This document shows, piece after piece, positions 10,352-20,880 of a stretch of 64,000 bases of DNA. The notes beneath the pieces were generated by a model. It saw nothing but the letters and a program-made list of their open reading frames with translations, did no database searches and was not told the DNA's origin. The translations under genes and the position numbers were made by a program. The stretch spans positions 1,380-65,379 of the forward strand of contig JAEELR010000068.1 in assembly GCA_016282835.1 (NCBI GenBank), in the 5' to 3' direction. Source of the DNA: Treponema sp. (GTDB lineage: Bacteria > Spirochaetota > Spirochaetia > Treponematales > Treponemataceae). Numbering within the stretch: the stretch's first letter is position 1; each line of letters opens with the position of its first letter.

Positions 10352-11224
10352 TTACTCCTCATAATTCATGTTTTTTGAATCAGAATTTTCATCGTTTTCT
10401 AAATCATTATCTTCAAATTCGTCTTCAAATAAATCATCATCATCAATATCTGTAAGACTTCCTGCATCTTCTGCTGAAAAGTACATAGAATCTGCATCTT
10501 CTGATTCTTCATAATAAAGAACACGGCTGCAATACGGGCAGAATAAAATTTTGTCGCCCTTGTGAACTTCATTTGCAAACTGAGCAGGTAAAATCATGTG
10601 ACAGCCACAGCAAACATTTCCCTGAACTGCAACAATACCCTGTCTGTTTCTGCGGATAATTCTCTGAAATTTAATGATTGTTTCTGAATCAATACCTTCT
10701 GAGAATTTCTTTTCTTTTTTCTCTAAAGATTTTAATGTGTCATTATAAGAAGAAATTTCTTTTTCAAGGTTTTCTTTTGCTTCATTAACATCTTTTTCTG
10801 TAGATGAAATTAAAGCTTCTTCACTCTTTAAGATATCATCTAATTCAGAAAGTCTCTTTTCTTCTTTCTGTAATTCTTTTCTGATATTCTCTTCGTTCTT
10901 TTTAGCTTCATTAATCTGTTTGTCAAGGATTTCATATTCACGGTGAGTAGTAATATCATCCATACCCTTCTCACCTTCTTCCCTTACTTTCTGAGCCTCT
11001 TTTAATGCAACTTTTAATTCTTCTACCTTTACTTTTTCTTCTTCGTATTCGGCATTTTTTTCTATATATTCTTTCTTAAAATGTTCAAGACTATCAGTAC
11101 TACCTTCAAGAGTCATAGGAAGCTTTTCAACTTTCTCTTCAATCTCATATTTTTCAGCTAAAACATCCTGTAGATTTTTTAGTTTTTCTAATTCATCTGA
11201 CATCTGCATTTCAATTAACCTCAT
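10352..11224 (-). CDS. Coiled-coil protein with C4 zinc ribbon (DUF164; CT398/HP0958-like), acidic tail; start may be ATG at 11209
   Basis: Long coiled coil, C-C-G-C-H and C-P-Y-C-S-R motifs; directly after rpoD. Confidence 0.85.
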   Translation of the reverse strand: MRLIEMQMSDELEKLKNLQDVLAEKYEIEEKVEKLPMTLEGSTDSLEHFKKEYIEKNAEYEEEKVKVEELKVALKEAQKVREEGEKGMDDITTHREYEILDKQINEAKKNEENIRKELQKEEKRLSELDDILKSEEALISSTEKDVNEAKENLEKEISSYNDTLKSLEKKEKKFSEGIDSETIIKFQRIIRRNRQGIVAVQGNVCCGCHMILPAQFANEVHKGDKILFCPYCSRVLYYEESEDADSMYFSAEDAGSLTDIDDDDLFEDEFEDNDLENDENSDSKNMNYEE

Positions 11225-11250
11225 TTAATTTCTTCTATATCTAGTGTGAA

Positions 11251-11279
11251 AATATACACAATTTATAACGTTCTGTCCA
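11251..11279 (-). promoter_or_regulatory. sigma70-type promoter for the zinc-ribbon gene and rnpB
   Basis: TGGACA-17 bp-TATATT with TG extension. Confidence 0.5.
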
Positions 11280-11281
11280 CA

Positions 11282-13297
11282 TTAAGAATCTATATAATCT
11301 TTAAGACCAGACGCCCTTCGAGGATGTCTTAAACGTCTCAAAGCTTTTGCTTCAATCTGTCTGATTCTTTCTCTTGTAACGTTAAAGTATAAACCAACCT
11401 CTTCCAGTGTTAAAGAATATCCGTCATCAAGACCGAAACGCATCTTAAGGACTTCCTGTTCTCTTGGTGGCAGGGTACTTAAAGTTGCACGAAGCTGTTC
11501 CTGAAGTAAAGTATAAGCTGTCTGATTTGCTGGATTTTCTACTTCTTTATCTTCAATGAAATCTCCTAATGAGCTGTCCTCTTCTTCACCGATAGGAGTT
11601 TCCAGAGAAATTGGTTCACGGGCAACATTTTTAACCTGTTTAACACGGGCTACAGGCCATGAAAGCTGTGCTGCAATTTCTTCATCTGTAGGCTCTCTTC
11701 CAAGTTTCTGAACAAGCTGACGGCTTTCACGAACAACTTTATTAATCTGTTCAATCATATGTACAGGAACACGAATAGTTCTTGCCTGATCACTTATAGA
11801 ACGGGTAATTGCCTGACGAATCCACCATGTAGCATAGGTAGAGAATTTGTATCCTTTTCTATATTCAAATTTTTCAACAGCTTTAATTAAACCGATATTA
11901 CCTTCCTGAATTAAATCGAAAAGCTGAAGGCCACGGTTTGTATATTTTTTAGCAATAGAAACAACGAGACGAAGGTTTGCATTTATAAGTTTATTCTTTG
12001 CTTCTTCAAGCCTAACGCGACCGTCTTCGATTTCTTTCTTCATTCCTATGATTTCTTCAACTGAATTTTCAAAATCAAATTCTATTTCACGAAGTTTTCG
12101 GTCTATTTTCTGAATATCAGTGTAATCAGTTCTAATTTCATCTGCTGTCATGCCAAGTTCTTTTTCCAACTTTGCAGCTTCGGTTCTTATGGCAAGCTTT
12201 CTACCAATACTTCTTAAGCCAACAGCATCTGAAATGCGAAGCTTTTTCATACGTTTTTCCTGCATCAACCTGTATTCATCAATTTTAGTTGAAGTATCGA
12301 TAAACATACTGCTGAACAAATCAATTTCTTCTATTTGAATATCAACTTTAAGAATACTTTTTCTGATTTGATTTCTTAATTTAACAAGACGCTCATCATT
12401 AAAAATATTCATTGAAGGATCTTCTGTATGAAGCTGCTTTTTAAGATTCATGTATTCGTTCATAGGTTCGCGAATAACTTTTACGCAATCTAAATAACAG
12501 CTGCGGAGTCTTCTTCTTTCAGCCATTTCCTCATTAATTTCTTTTCTTGCTTTTCCAGGTTCATGAGGATCTATTCTCTTAAAAATTTTGTGACAAATCA
12601 AATAAAACTGAGGAATTATCATTCCTGAATTTTTGATTACATTTTTAATAATATTCTGTCCGTCTTCCATTTGCTTAGAAAGAGTGACTTCATCCTGTGC
12701 AGAAAGAAGATTCTCTTTTCCGATTTCACGCAAATACAATCTAATAGGGTCATCTATACTACCACCCTTGTCATTTGCTATAAGACGCTGCTTATCTGTG
12801 TCATCAAGTTTATCTTCTTCTGAAATTACATTTTCATCATCGTCTTCATCAGAACCATCATCTTCATCATCATCAAAGGAATCTTCAACAACTTGTATTT
12901 TATTTTTTACCAGAAGCTGAAGAACATCTTCCATTTTTGGTGAATTAACAAAATCTACAGAGAGAATTTCTGTTATTTCATCCCAGGAAACAAACTGTTT
13001 AGGAATTGCATAATCCAGAAGTTTTTTGATTTTTGGATCTGCGAGCATTTCTTCTTCCGGAGTAAAATTTAAATCCTCAACAGAAAGATTATCATCTTTT
13101 TCACTAAACTCACTTTTCTTTTCTTTGTCTTTTGAACTTTTCTTTGATACTGTATCTTTTGCTGCTTTAGCTTCTTTTTTTGACTTGCTTTCTTTAGCTG
13201 TTGTTTTCTTTGCAGTTTCTTTTTTTGCAGAAACTTTCTTTGATTCTTTTTTTTCAGCTTTTACACTTACTTTTGAACTTTCAGTTGACTTCTTCAT
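11282..13297 (-). CDS. rpoD: RNA polymerase primary sigma factor
   Basis: [44 protein letters not shown]...TRERIRQIE. Confidence 0.98.
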   Translation of the reverse strand: MKKSTESSKVSVKAEKKESKKVSAKKETAKKTTAKESKSKKEAKAAKDTVSKKSSKDKEKKSEFSEKDDNLSVEDLNFTPEEEMLADPKIKKLLDYAIPKQFVSWDEITEILSVDFVNSPKMEDVLQLLVKNKIQVVEDSFDDDEDDGSDEDDDENVISEEDKLDDTDKQRLIANDKGGSIDDPIRLYLREIGKENLLSAQDEVTLSKQMEDGQNIIKNVIKNSGMIIPQFYLICHKIFKRIDPHEPGKARKEINEEMAERRRLRSCYLDCVKVIREPMNEYMNLKKQLHTEDPSMNIFNDERLVKLRNQIRKSILKVDIQIEEIDLFSSMFIDTSTKIDEYRLMQEKRMKKLRISDAVGLRSIGRKLAIRTEAAKLEKELGMTADEIRTDYTDIQKIDRKLREIEFDFENSVEEIIGMKKEIEDGRVRLEEAKNKLINANLRLVVSIAKKYTNRGLQLFDLIQEGNIGLIKAVEKFEYRKGYKFSTYATWWIRQAITRSISDQARTIRVPVHMIEQINKVVRESRQLVQKLGREPTDEEIAAQLSWPVARVKQVKNVAREPISLETPIGEEEDSSLGDFIEDKEVENPANQTAYTLLQEQLRATLSTLPPREQEVLKMRFGLDDGYSLTLEEVGLYFNVTRERIRQIEAKALRRLRHPRRASGLKDYIDS

Positions 13298-15107
13298 TAC
13301 CGGTCCTTATTCTTTCGATTCTAGAGTCAAGTTCTATTTTCTGAGACAGAATTTCTAAAAGCATATCCTTATCTTCTTTAAGCGGGCTAGAACTTAATTT
13401 AGAAATAAGAGACTGAATTTCATTTCTCTTTCTTTCCAATTTATTAAGTTTCAAAAGCCTTATACTATCATTTACAGCTATATCGATATTCGATGTAAAT
13501 TCTTCACTAAACTTTATTATTAGTCGTACAAAATTTTCATCATTTATCCTATTTAATATATTGCTTACTGAAAATACGTTTGCTTCAAGACACTCCTTCA
13601 TTACAGAAAACAATTTTTTTGCATAAGGGTCTACCAGATCTTCAACAGTTATTTCTGAATTCATTTTTGAAAAGAACTTCTTATCTTCAGTGACCGCTGT
13701 CAGCACAGCTCTTAATTCAGCATTTAATACAACCTTTGGTAATGCTTCTCTACTATTTGTCTGATTTACATAAGTTTTATTCAACCGTTTATTCAGATTT
13801 GCTCTGTTGGTAAAATCTTTTCTAGCAGCCTCCTTATCTATGCCATACACCTGACACAACTTGTCAAGGCAAGCATCTTTCTGAACATCCGACTGAAGTG
13901 AATCCATATACAAAAAAAACTCTCTAGAGGCTTTATCTTTACCGTCAGGAGTTTCTTTTGGGTACAGTTCTAGCAGTTTAGATATTAGAAAATCATTGTC
14001 CATAATAGCTTTAGAGATTTCATTTGTCAAGTATTCAGGTCCATATTTAACCATAATTTCTGCAGGATCTTTTCCGCCCTGAAGCTTGATTATTTTTACA
14101 ACAAGACCTTCTTTTCTGCACATATTTATGGCGCGCAGAGTTGCTTTCTGACCGGCACCATCTGAATCAAATGAAAGTAAAACGGTATCAACAAAAGGCT
14201 TTATAATTTTAATCTGTTCTTCTGTTAAAGCAGTCCCCAGTGGAGCTACGGCATACTCAATTCCGCACTGATGATAGGCAATACAATCCATATAACCTTC
14301 ACAGAAAATAACTTTTTTCTCCTGCCGGATTGCCTGTTTTGCAAAATTAAACGCATACAGTGTATTACTTTTTTTATACTGGATTAAATCGCCTGAGTTT
14401 AAATATTTTGGAGACTTAGATTCATCGCCTCTCAAAAAGCGGCCGCCCATTGCAATTACATTCCCTTCCCTGTTAAAAATTGGAAACATTAAGCGGTCAC
14501 AGAAAAATGATATATCCGGATATTTTTTACTGAAGAGCCCTGAGTTATTCAAAAAGTTTTCACTGAAATTTTTTGAAAGAAGAAATTTCTTGAGCCAGAA
14601 TTTATCCTGCGGGCTGTACCCTAACTTAAACTTTTCTATAGTTTCTTTTGTAAGCCCTCGGTTTAAAATATAATCATAGGCAAATTTACCGGCTTCTGTT
14701 TCCGTTAAAAAATAATGATAGGAGGTTGCAACACGGGTATAAAGGCTTGTATATTCCTGCTTAAGTTTTGCATTTTCATCACGCTCGAAATTATTATCAT
14801 TTTTAGAGGAATAATGTAATTCAACACCGGCTTTCTTTGCAAGAATTTCTACAGCTTCAGGGAATGAAACTTTTTCCATCTGCTTTACAAATTCAAAAGC
14901 ACCGCCGCCAGCTCCACAGCCAAAACAATGAAACAGTCTCTTTGAAGGATTAACAGCAAACGAAGGAGTTTTTTCATTATGGAAAGGACAACAGCCCCAC
15001 CAGGTATCACCTTTCTGCACAAGAGGTACATACTCGCCGACTATGCTTACGATATCAACGCGGTTATTAACTTCATCTATAGATTCCTGCGAAATAAAAT
15101 TTGCCAT
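13281..15107 (-). CDS. dnaG: DNA primase
   Basis: CPFH..EKTPSF..HCFGC zinc finger, KYLNS, EGYMD, FDSDGAG (TOPRIM). Confidence 0.97.
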   Translation of the reverse strand: MANFISQESIDEVNNRVDIVSIVGEYVPLVQKGDTWWGCCPFHNEKTPSFAVNPSKRLFHCFGCGAGGGAFEFVKQMEKVSFPEAVEILAKKAGVELHYSSKNDNNFERDENAKLKQEYTSLYTRVATSYHYFLTETEAGKFAYDYILNRGLTKETIEKFKLGYSPQDKFWLKKFLLSKNFSENFLNNSGLFSKKYPDISFFCDRLMFPIFNREGNVIAMGGRFLRGDESKSPKYLNSGDLIQYKKSNTLYAFNFAKQAIRQEKKVIFCEGYMDCIAYHQCGIEYAVAPLGTALTEEQIKIIKPFVDTVLLSFDSDGAGQKATLRAINMCRKEGLVVKIIKLQGGKDPAEIMVKYGPEYLTNEISKAIMDNDFLISKLLELYPKETPDGKDKASREFFLYMDSLQSDVQKDACLDKLCQVYGIDKEAARKDFTNRANLNKRLNKTYVNQTNSREALPKVVLNAELRAVLTAVTEDKKFFSKMNSEITVEDLVDPYAKKLFSVMKECLEANVFSVSNILNRINDENFVRLIIKFSEEFTSNIDIAVNDSIRLLKLNKLERKRNEIQSLISKLSSSPLKEDKDMLLEILSQKIELDSRIERIRTGNEEVN

Positions 15108-15116
15108 CTGAAATTT

Positions 15117-16166
15117 TTAATCCTTTCGACTATAGAAATTTATATTTTCAGCTTCGCGATGTTCATCAAAATCTTTAGAAAAAGTATGAGAGCCTTTTTT
15201 ACTGTCATTCAAAACAAAGTAATAGTAATTAGTTTTTGCAGGATAAATTGCAGCCTTAATAGCAACAAGCCCTGGATTAGAAATAGGTCCAGGAGGAAGC
15301 CCAGCCCATAAATAAGTATTGTACGGACTGTCTAATTTTAAATCCTTATAAGTTATTTTTTCAGGATGAGGTCTGCCCAAAATTTCTGTAATTATATATT
15401 CAACCGTTGCACAGGAATAAAGTCCGATATTATATCTTAAGCGGTTAGTAAAAACACTTGCGATTAACGGAGCTTCACTTTCAATGCGGTATTCTCTTTC
15501 AACAATGGATGCTAAAGTTAAATAGCTGTGTAATTTTTCAGGAGTCACTTCCAGATTAAATTCTTCAATCTTGGAAAAGAAATTTTTTACCATAAAAGAA
15601 ACTACATCTTCAGCATTCATTCCCGGTGAAAAATAATATGTATCGGGAAATAAATAGCCTTCAAAGTTTTCAGCAGGAATATTAAACTGCTCAAGAAGAG
15701 ATTCACTTTTTGTTGCTTCAATAAAATCAGTAAAAGAACAAATTCCAGCCTTCTCAAGAATTTGTGCGATTTTAGATTTTGTTAAACCTTCTGGAATTAC
15801 AACTGAAATATATTCCTGCTGTCCCGATTGTAAAAGCATGTAAATTTCTTTTAAGGACATAGAACTGCTTACAGTATATAAACCGCTTTTTAGATTAAAT
15901 TTCTGCGAGCGGTTAAATATATTGAATCTTGCAGCATAATACAAAACATCAGCATTTTTTATAACGCCGATATTCTGTAATTCCCTCGAGACAGATTTTA
16001 AAGATTCCCCGTCAGAAACTTTTACTTTATATGATACAGAGTCATCCTTATTTGAAACTGGAGAAATATAATAAACAAATAAGAAGCCGGCACCAGCAAT
16101 CAGAATAAAAAAAATAGAAAAAAAACTTAATAAAAATTTCCCTGGAAAAGAATTATTCTTTTTCAT
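15117..16166 (-). CDS. mltG: Endolytic murein transglycosylase MltG
   Basis: EGYLFPDTY, LASIVERE, SPYNTY, GLPPGPISNPG. Confidence 0.95.
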   Translation of the reverse strand: MKKNNSFPGKFLLSFFSIFFILIAGAGFLFVYYISPVSNKDDSVSYKVKVSDGESLKSVSRELQNIGVIKNADVLYYAARFNIFNRSQKFNLKSGLYTVSSSMSLKEIYMLLQSGQQEYISVVIPEGLTKSKIAQILEKAGICSFTDFIEATKSESLLEQFNIPAENFEGYLFPDTYYFSPGMNAEDVVSFMVKNFFSKIEEFNLEVTPEKLHSYLTLASIVEREYRIESEAPLIASVFTNRLRYNIGLYSCATVEYIITEILGRPHPEKITYKDLKLDSPYNTYLWAGLPPGPISNPGLVAIKAAIYPAKTNYYYFVLNDSKKGSHTFSKDFDEHREAENINFYSRKD

Positions 16167-17107
16167 AACTCAATTTCCTTTCCCTCCTGAGCCAAATAAA
16201 CAGAAAGATTAGATTTTGAGTTATAAGTTTTATATAAGCGACCAGCTTCGAGGATAGAAAATAACTTTCTGTCATCATATGTTGGTTCATGGTGAAAGAA
16301 GTACAAATTCTTTACATTATACAGAGTTGCAAAATCAATGGCATTTCCAAAAGAACTGTGCCCCCAGTTTTCTTTTTCGATTGCTTCGAGATTTGTATAT
16401 TGACTGTCTAAAACTAAAATGTCTGCATCTTTAAAAAACTGATTTTCAGGAAGTTTTATATCAAAATCCTTGAGTTGAAGTTCTGTATCAGTACAATAAA
16501 TAAACTTCTTTCCATTCTCTACAAAAGAAAATGCATAAGAATCACCAGGATGCTTCATTTTATGAGAATTGATTTTAACTCCTTCAAGCTCAAATTCTTC
16601 GCCTTCATTCAGCAGATGAAAGGTAATCTGTTTTTTTACAGATTTCCAGCAGCCGTTTTCAGGAAAATATGGAAGTGAACTCTGCCTGCTTAAATACTTC
16701 TCGCCATCAGGGAAGTTTGAATAGATATGAATCTGTGTTTCAGGGTCATAGCTTTGTCCGAAAAAAGGAAAGCCTTGTAAATGATCCCAATGATAATGAG
16801 AAAGAAAAATATGATAAACTTTATTCTCTGGATGACGGCCATTTTGTGAATACGCCCTTAAACCTGAACCACAATCCAAAAGTACTTTGGTACCATTATT
16901 AAATTCAAGTTCAACACAAGCTGTATTTCCACCCACAGTTCCAAATACACTAGGAGGTAAAGAAGAAATAAAACGCATGCGAGATTCATCATCAACTAAA
17001 TCTTTTGGAGTAATCTTAGATACAACAGAAATAATTTTTGCCTGAATCTGATCACTTGTTAACGGAGTAGGTAAAGAACCTCTAACACCCCAAAATCGTA
17101 TTTGCAC
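16163..17107 (-). CDS. MBL-fold metallo-hydrolase
   Basis: FWGVRGS, GGNTAC, HYHWDH (HxHxDH), WGHS, HHEP. Confidence 0.9.
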   Translation of the reverse strand: MQIRFWGVRGSLPTPLTSDQIQAKIISVVSKITPKDLVDDESRMRFISSLPPSVFGTVGGNTACVELEFNNGTKVLLDCGSGLRAYSQNGRHPENKVYHIFLSHYHWDHLQGFPFFGQSYDPETQIHIYSNFPDGEKYLSRQSSLPYFPENGCWKSVKKQITFHLLNEGEEFELEGVKINSHKMKHPGDSYAFSFVENGKKFIYCTDTELQLKDFDIKLPENQFFKDADILVLDSQYTNLEAIEKENWGHSSFGNAIDFATLYNVKNLYFFHHEPTYDDRKLFSILEAGRLYKTYNSKSNLSVYLAQEGKEIEL

Positions 17108-17133
17108 ATACCCTCCAAAATTATATACATAAG

Positions 17134-17162
17134 ATTATAATAAATTTTAATAAAGCTGACAA
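17134..17162 (-). promoter_or_regulatory. sigma70 promoter of the MBL-mltG-dnaG-rpoD operon
   Basis: TTGTCA-17 bp-TATAAT; SD GGAGGG at 17111-17116. Confidence 0.7.
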
Positions 17163-17302
17163 TTAAATATAGAAAAAATGTAAAAATTCAGTTTTTGGCA
17201 AAAGAAGTCACTAAAAGCGAAATCTAAAGGTCTGATTTTAACTTTGAACTGATTATTGAAATTAAAAACTTATTCTGAAAAGTAAGGATTTATGATAGGA
17301 AT

Positions 17303-17336
17303 AAAAAAAAAGTGTTAAAGATTATTCTTCAACACT
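17303..17336 (-). terminator. Intrinsic terminator after the tRNA pair
   Basis: AGTGTTGAAGA-ATAA-TCTTTAACACT hairpin followed by a T run. Confidence 0.75.
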
Positions 17337-17342
17337 CAAAGT

Positions 17343-17424
17343 TGGGGAGTGAAGGATTCGGACCTACGAAGGACGAGCCAACAGATTTACAGTCTGCCCC
17401 CTTTGACCACTCGGGAAACTCCCC
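17343..17424 (-). tRNA. tRNA-Tyr(GTA), CCA not encoded
   Basis: GGGGAGTTTCCCGAGTGGTCAAAGGGGGCAGACTGTAAATCTG...ACTCCCCA; long variable arm. Confidence 0.93.
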
Positions 17425-17445
17425 AAAGGTTATAAAAACCAAAAA

Positions 17446-17518
17446 AGCCGCCACAGGGACTCGAACCTTGGACCCCGAGATTACAAATCACGTGCTCTAC
17501 CAACTGAGCTATAGCGGC
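17446..17518 (-). tRNA. tRNA-Thr(TGT), CCA not encoded
   Basis: GCCGCTATAGCTCAGTTGGTAGAGCACGTGATTTGTAATCTCGGGGTCCAAGGTTCGAGTCCCTGTGGCGGCT. Confidence 0.95.
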
Positions 17519-17544
17519 ATAATGTCAACTAATTGACTGAACAA

Positions 17545-17573
17545 AATATACTAAATATAAAAATTATTGTCAA
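17545..17573 (-). promoter_or_regulatory. sigma70 promoter of the tRNA-Thr/Tyr operon
   Basis: TTGACA-17 bp-TATATT. Confidence 0.75.
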
Positions 17574-17599
17574 TAGATATTATTAGATTTGTAAAAAAA

Positions 17600-19186
17600 T
17601 TAAACTTCTTCGTTTTTATAAAGTTTTAGATATTTATTTTCAGTAATGAGCTTCCAGTTATAGTTTTCTTTAACATATAAACTGGCATAGGAAGCAAGAT
17701 TCAAATACTTTTCCTGATTGCTTAAATAATCATTGCAAAGCTTTTCAATTAATTCACTTAAAATATTTGCCTCATTTGGCTTATACAAAAACCCTGTCTT
17801 TTCGTTCACGATTTTACACAAACCGCCGGTTGCATGTGCTACAGGAATTGTTCCGTAAATCTGTGCAATAAAATCTTCCAGTCCGCAAGGCTCGAAATAA
17901 CTTGGATGCAATGAAAAATCTGCACTGGCAATGCAAAGTCTTGAAAGTTCCTTACTGTAACCGCGCAAATATACAACGGAACCATTAAAGTCTTTTGTAA
18001 GAAGTGAAAGTTTCTCTTCGATTTTTACATCACCCTGACCAAACAAAATAAACTTTGCAGGAATACTTTTTTCAAGAACGATTTTACAGGCATCGATTAA
18101 AACATCAAGGCCTTTTTGAACAACTACGCGCCCGTGAAAAACAAAGTAAACGCATTTTTCAGCAGAAGGATTTAAATGTCCAAAGGAAGTTAAATTTTCT
18201 TCTACAGAAATTGTCTCACTGTGTAGTCCCTGTTTATAGCAATACTTATTTAAAAGATATTCCCTGCATTTAAACTTGCCGTCAAAGTTTTTCTGTATAG
18301 GATTAAAGGCAAAGGGCAATGAAGATTTTTTAGTATCAGCAGGATCATATCGCGAATAATCAATTCCATTTGTTATGCCGTAAATTTTTACATTTCGCTC
18401 CCTGAACATTTCTGACAAACCATCAGTATCAACTTTTCCGGAAAGAATTTCATTTGCATATTCAGGAGAAACTGTTGTAAGCACTGAATCTTTTGCAGCT
18501 AATAAAAACGGTTCAACTTTTCTGTTGCAAATTCCTTCTGACAGAATTGAAGCAGGCAGTGCTGTGTAGTAGATTGCTTCGTCAACATTTGCAAAGCTGT
18601 GATGATAGCCGGGACCTGCATTATGAATTGTAACAAAGCATTTTGTTTTACTGAAAAAACTTTTTGCCTGTAAATCAATCTGCATTTTATAGTGCATATA
18701 TGTAGGAACTAAAGCTGCTGTTGCATCCTGACAATGAATAATATCAGGAGCGTCTTCTTTTTTACACGTTTCACCATAGCAGACTACAGCTTTTTGAAAT
18801 ATTGTATTCAAGAAATTTACATCTTCATGGCCGTGACCGTGAATGTGATTTGCATTTTCAAGTTCATCTTCGCGGGTATAAGTATAGACACCTTTTTTTT
18901 CAGAAAATTTTTTGTGACCTATAAAAACAAAATCGACACCGTTCATTACGCCATGACTGTAAGCAAAGGACTGTACTGTCTGACTGATTTTAAATTTAAC
19001 CGGTTCATGCCAGAGACAGGAATAATTTTTTACCAGAGATAAATCCGTGCATGCATAAAGAGGAATAAACAGGGTAACTTTATGACCTAATGAAACTAAA
19101 GATTCTGACAAAGAACATGCAACATTTTTAACACCGCCAGCTTCTGCGATGCCTGCATACTCTCTTGAAACAATCCATATATTCAT
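17600..19186 (-). CDS. glgA: Glycogen/starch synthase (GT5)
   Basis: AGGV..V..L, PDIIHCQD, VTIHN, TTVSP.YA.EI, GITNGID, PSYFEPCGL, TGGL. Confidence 0.88.
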   Translation of the reverse strand: MNIWIVSREYAGIAEAGGVKNVACSLSESLVSLGHKVTLFIPLYACTDLSLVKNYSCLWHEPVKFKISQTVQSFAYSHGVMNGVDFVFIGHKKFSEKKGVYTYTREDELENANHIHGHGHEDVNFLNTIFQKAVVCYGETCKKEDAPDIIHCQDATAALVPTYMHYKMQIDLQAKSFFSKTKCFVTIHNAGPGYHHSFANVDEAIYYTALPASILSEGICNRKVEPFLLAAKDSVLTTVSPEYANEILSGKVDTDGLSEMFRERNVKIYGITNGIDYSRYDPADTKKSSLPFAFNPIQKNFDGKFKCREYLLNKYCYKQGLHSETISVEENLTSFGHLNPSAEKCVYFVFHGRVVVQKGLDVLIDACKIVLEKSIPAKFILFGQGDVKIEEKLSLLTKDFNGSVVYLRGYSKELSRLCIASADFSLHPSYFEPCGLEDFIAQIYGTIPVAHATGGLCKIVNEKTGFLYKPNEANILSELIEKLCNDYLSNQEKYLNLASYASLYVKENYNWKLITENKYLKLYKNEEV

Positions 19187-19189
19187 AAA

Positions 19190-19567
19190 TCACCCTTTCA
19201 TAAAATCTGGACGCAGTTTTTCTGCTCCATTTAAATATACATTCTTTACGCTTAAATTTTCATCGCCATAAAAAGTAACCATTACACGAATGATTCTTGA
19301 AGGCATATTTTTTATCTGGGCTTCCTGAGTGCAAAATAAAGCAACTTTGGATACATCAATTATAATATTTCCCTTTCGTAAAGCTGTTGCAGCATTTATT
19401 TCGTTTAAATCAGAAGTCATGGAAAACTGAATTGAAACTAAATCCTGTGACTGAATATTGTTCATGGAAAAAATTTGATTTATCATCAGTGAAACATTTT
19501 TTATAATATCTTCACTTTCATTTTCGCAGCAAACAGCACCGCGAACTGCATAAAGTCTACCTTGCAT
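19190..19567 (-). CDS. aroH: Chorismate mutase, AroH class
   Basis: AVRGA, FSMTSDL, CTQE, IRVM, VYLNGAEKLRPD. Confidence 0.9.
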   Translation of the reverse strand: MQGRLYAVRGAVCCENESEDIIKNVSLMINQIFSMNNIQSQDLVSIQFSMTSDLNEINAATALRKGNIIIDVSKVALFCTQEAQIKNMPSRIIRVMVTFYGDENLSVKNVYLNGAEKLRPDFMKG

Positions 19568-19580
19568 TTTTTAAGCTCCA

Positions 19581-20435
19581 TTATTTTCCAGAAATAAAGG
19601 TATTTAAAATCGTTGTAAAATCACCATTCTTACAAAGTTCATTAAGTTCAGGAGATTCTTTTAACAGTTTTGTAAACTCTTTCAGCTTCAGGATTTTTCT
19701 ATCTTCTTCAAAAATTTTTGATGACTGTTCACTTGCTTTTTTTTCCAGCTGCAGATTTAATTCATTAGAAAACTTAAGCCAGTTATTTTTTGCAGTTTCA
19801 TAAAGCTCAATATCAGGCATTGAGATTGCATTAAGTTCAATCTGAGAAATAGAAATTCCTTTAAAATCATTTGTATTATTTAGAATCACTTTTAATATTT
19901 CTGATTCGTCAATTACTTTTACAGTTTCAGGAATATTATGAGCTGAAAGAAATTCCTTTGATAAAATATAATCAGTAACTTTTTGAGTTGCTTTCTTTGC
20001 AATATTTTCTAAGTATTCGGTTAGTTCTTCATTATTTGAAACTTGAGATGTTTTTACCAGACTCAAAATTTTTTCAGGAGTAACTGCCATTGTAATAGAA
20101 AAATCCAGCTTATACGAAAAATCAATTTTATTTTCTGCATCTATAAAAGACTTATAAAAATCAGCACTCTCTAAAACGCCTTCCACTTTCTGACGGCTTT
20201 TATATGGAGAAAGGCTAAAAGTTTCTAATTTAACGTTTGTAGGTAAAAGTCTTTCCCATCTCCAGCAAAACTGTCCCGGAATAATCGGCTTTTCATAAAT
20301 CCCGGAAGTTTTACTCTGCATGATTGCACAGTTACCGGGCTTAACATAAAACTGAATCCATCCTGCAAAAAATACACAAACAGCAAAGATTAAAATTATA
20401 ATTAAATTAAAAAAAAATTTAGTAAGTTTCTTCAT
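19581..20435 (-). CDS. Membrane-anchored hypothetical protein, possibly SPFH/band-7-like
   Basis: N-terminal TM then V.PG...SKTSG...PG.F.WRWE, C-terminal coiled coil. Confidence 0.55.
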   Translation of the reverse strand: MKKLTKFFFNLIIILIFAVCVFFAGWIQFYVKPGNCAIMQSKTSGIYEKPIIPGQFCWRWERLLPTNVKLETFSLSPYKSRQKVEGVLESADFYKSFIDAENKIDFSYKLDFSITMAVTPEKILSLVKTSQVSNNEELTEYLENIAKKATQKVTDYILSKEFLSAHNIPETVKVIDESEILKVILNNTNDFKGISISQIELNAISMPDIELYETAKNNWLKFSNELNLQLEKKASEQSSKIFEEDRKILKLKEFTKLLKESPELNELCKNGDFTTILNTFISGK

Positions 20436-20445
20436 TTATACACCA

Positions 20446-20495
20446 TCGCAAAAAATTACATTTTATATTATACTTTTTACCGGTATTTCTAACAA
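20446..20495. promoter_or_regulatory. Bidirectional promoter with overlapping -10 boxes
   Basis: Plus strand TCGCAA-17-TATACT (-10 at 20469-20474); minus strand TTGTTA-17-TATAAT (-10 at 20467-20472). Confidence 0.5.
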
Positions 20496-20498
20496 GGT

Positions 20499-20861
20499 AT
20501 GATTGATATTGAAGATAAAAAAACAAGTCACTTAAACTTCTCTTTTCTATATAAACTCATTTCAAGAACAACAATTCTGCTTTTCTTATTTTTACTTTTC
20601 ACTATCATTTTATACATAAGCGGAAACTTTCAGGACTTTAGCGATAAAAGCCAGATAATCATTATAAGAACCATAATTATAAACGCAATTCTATTATTTA
20701 TATTTGCATTAATTACTTTAATACACTGCATTACGCTTTTAATTAAAACAAAAACTAAAAGATTCATTGTTTCAATACTAAAAAATATTTTATGTATAAT
20801 TTTTAGTGTAATTGTTTACTTTGCATTTCACTTTTTAACATATTTTGCAAATGGTATTTAA
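20499..20861 (+). CDS. Small membrane protein (about 3 TM)
   Basis: 120-aa hydrophobic ORF with YISGNFQDFSD motif; co-oriented with the CCA enzyme gene. Confidence 0.7.
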   Translation: MIDIEDKKTSHLNFSFLYKLISRTTILLFLFLLFTIILYISGNFQDFSDKSQIIIIRTIIINAILLFIFALITLIHCITLLIKTKTKRFIVSILKNILCIIFSVIVYFAFHFLTYFANGI

Positions 20862-20880
20862 CTTATAAAAGGAATTTGAT

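Noticed and set aside
9997-10455. 152-aa plus-strand ORF
   Set aside because: It is antisense to the RNase P RNA gene and has no protein features.
17312-17536. 74-aa plus-strand ORF
   Set aside because: It is the antisense reading of tRNA-Tyr and tRNA-Thr.
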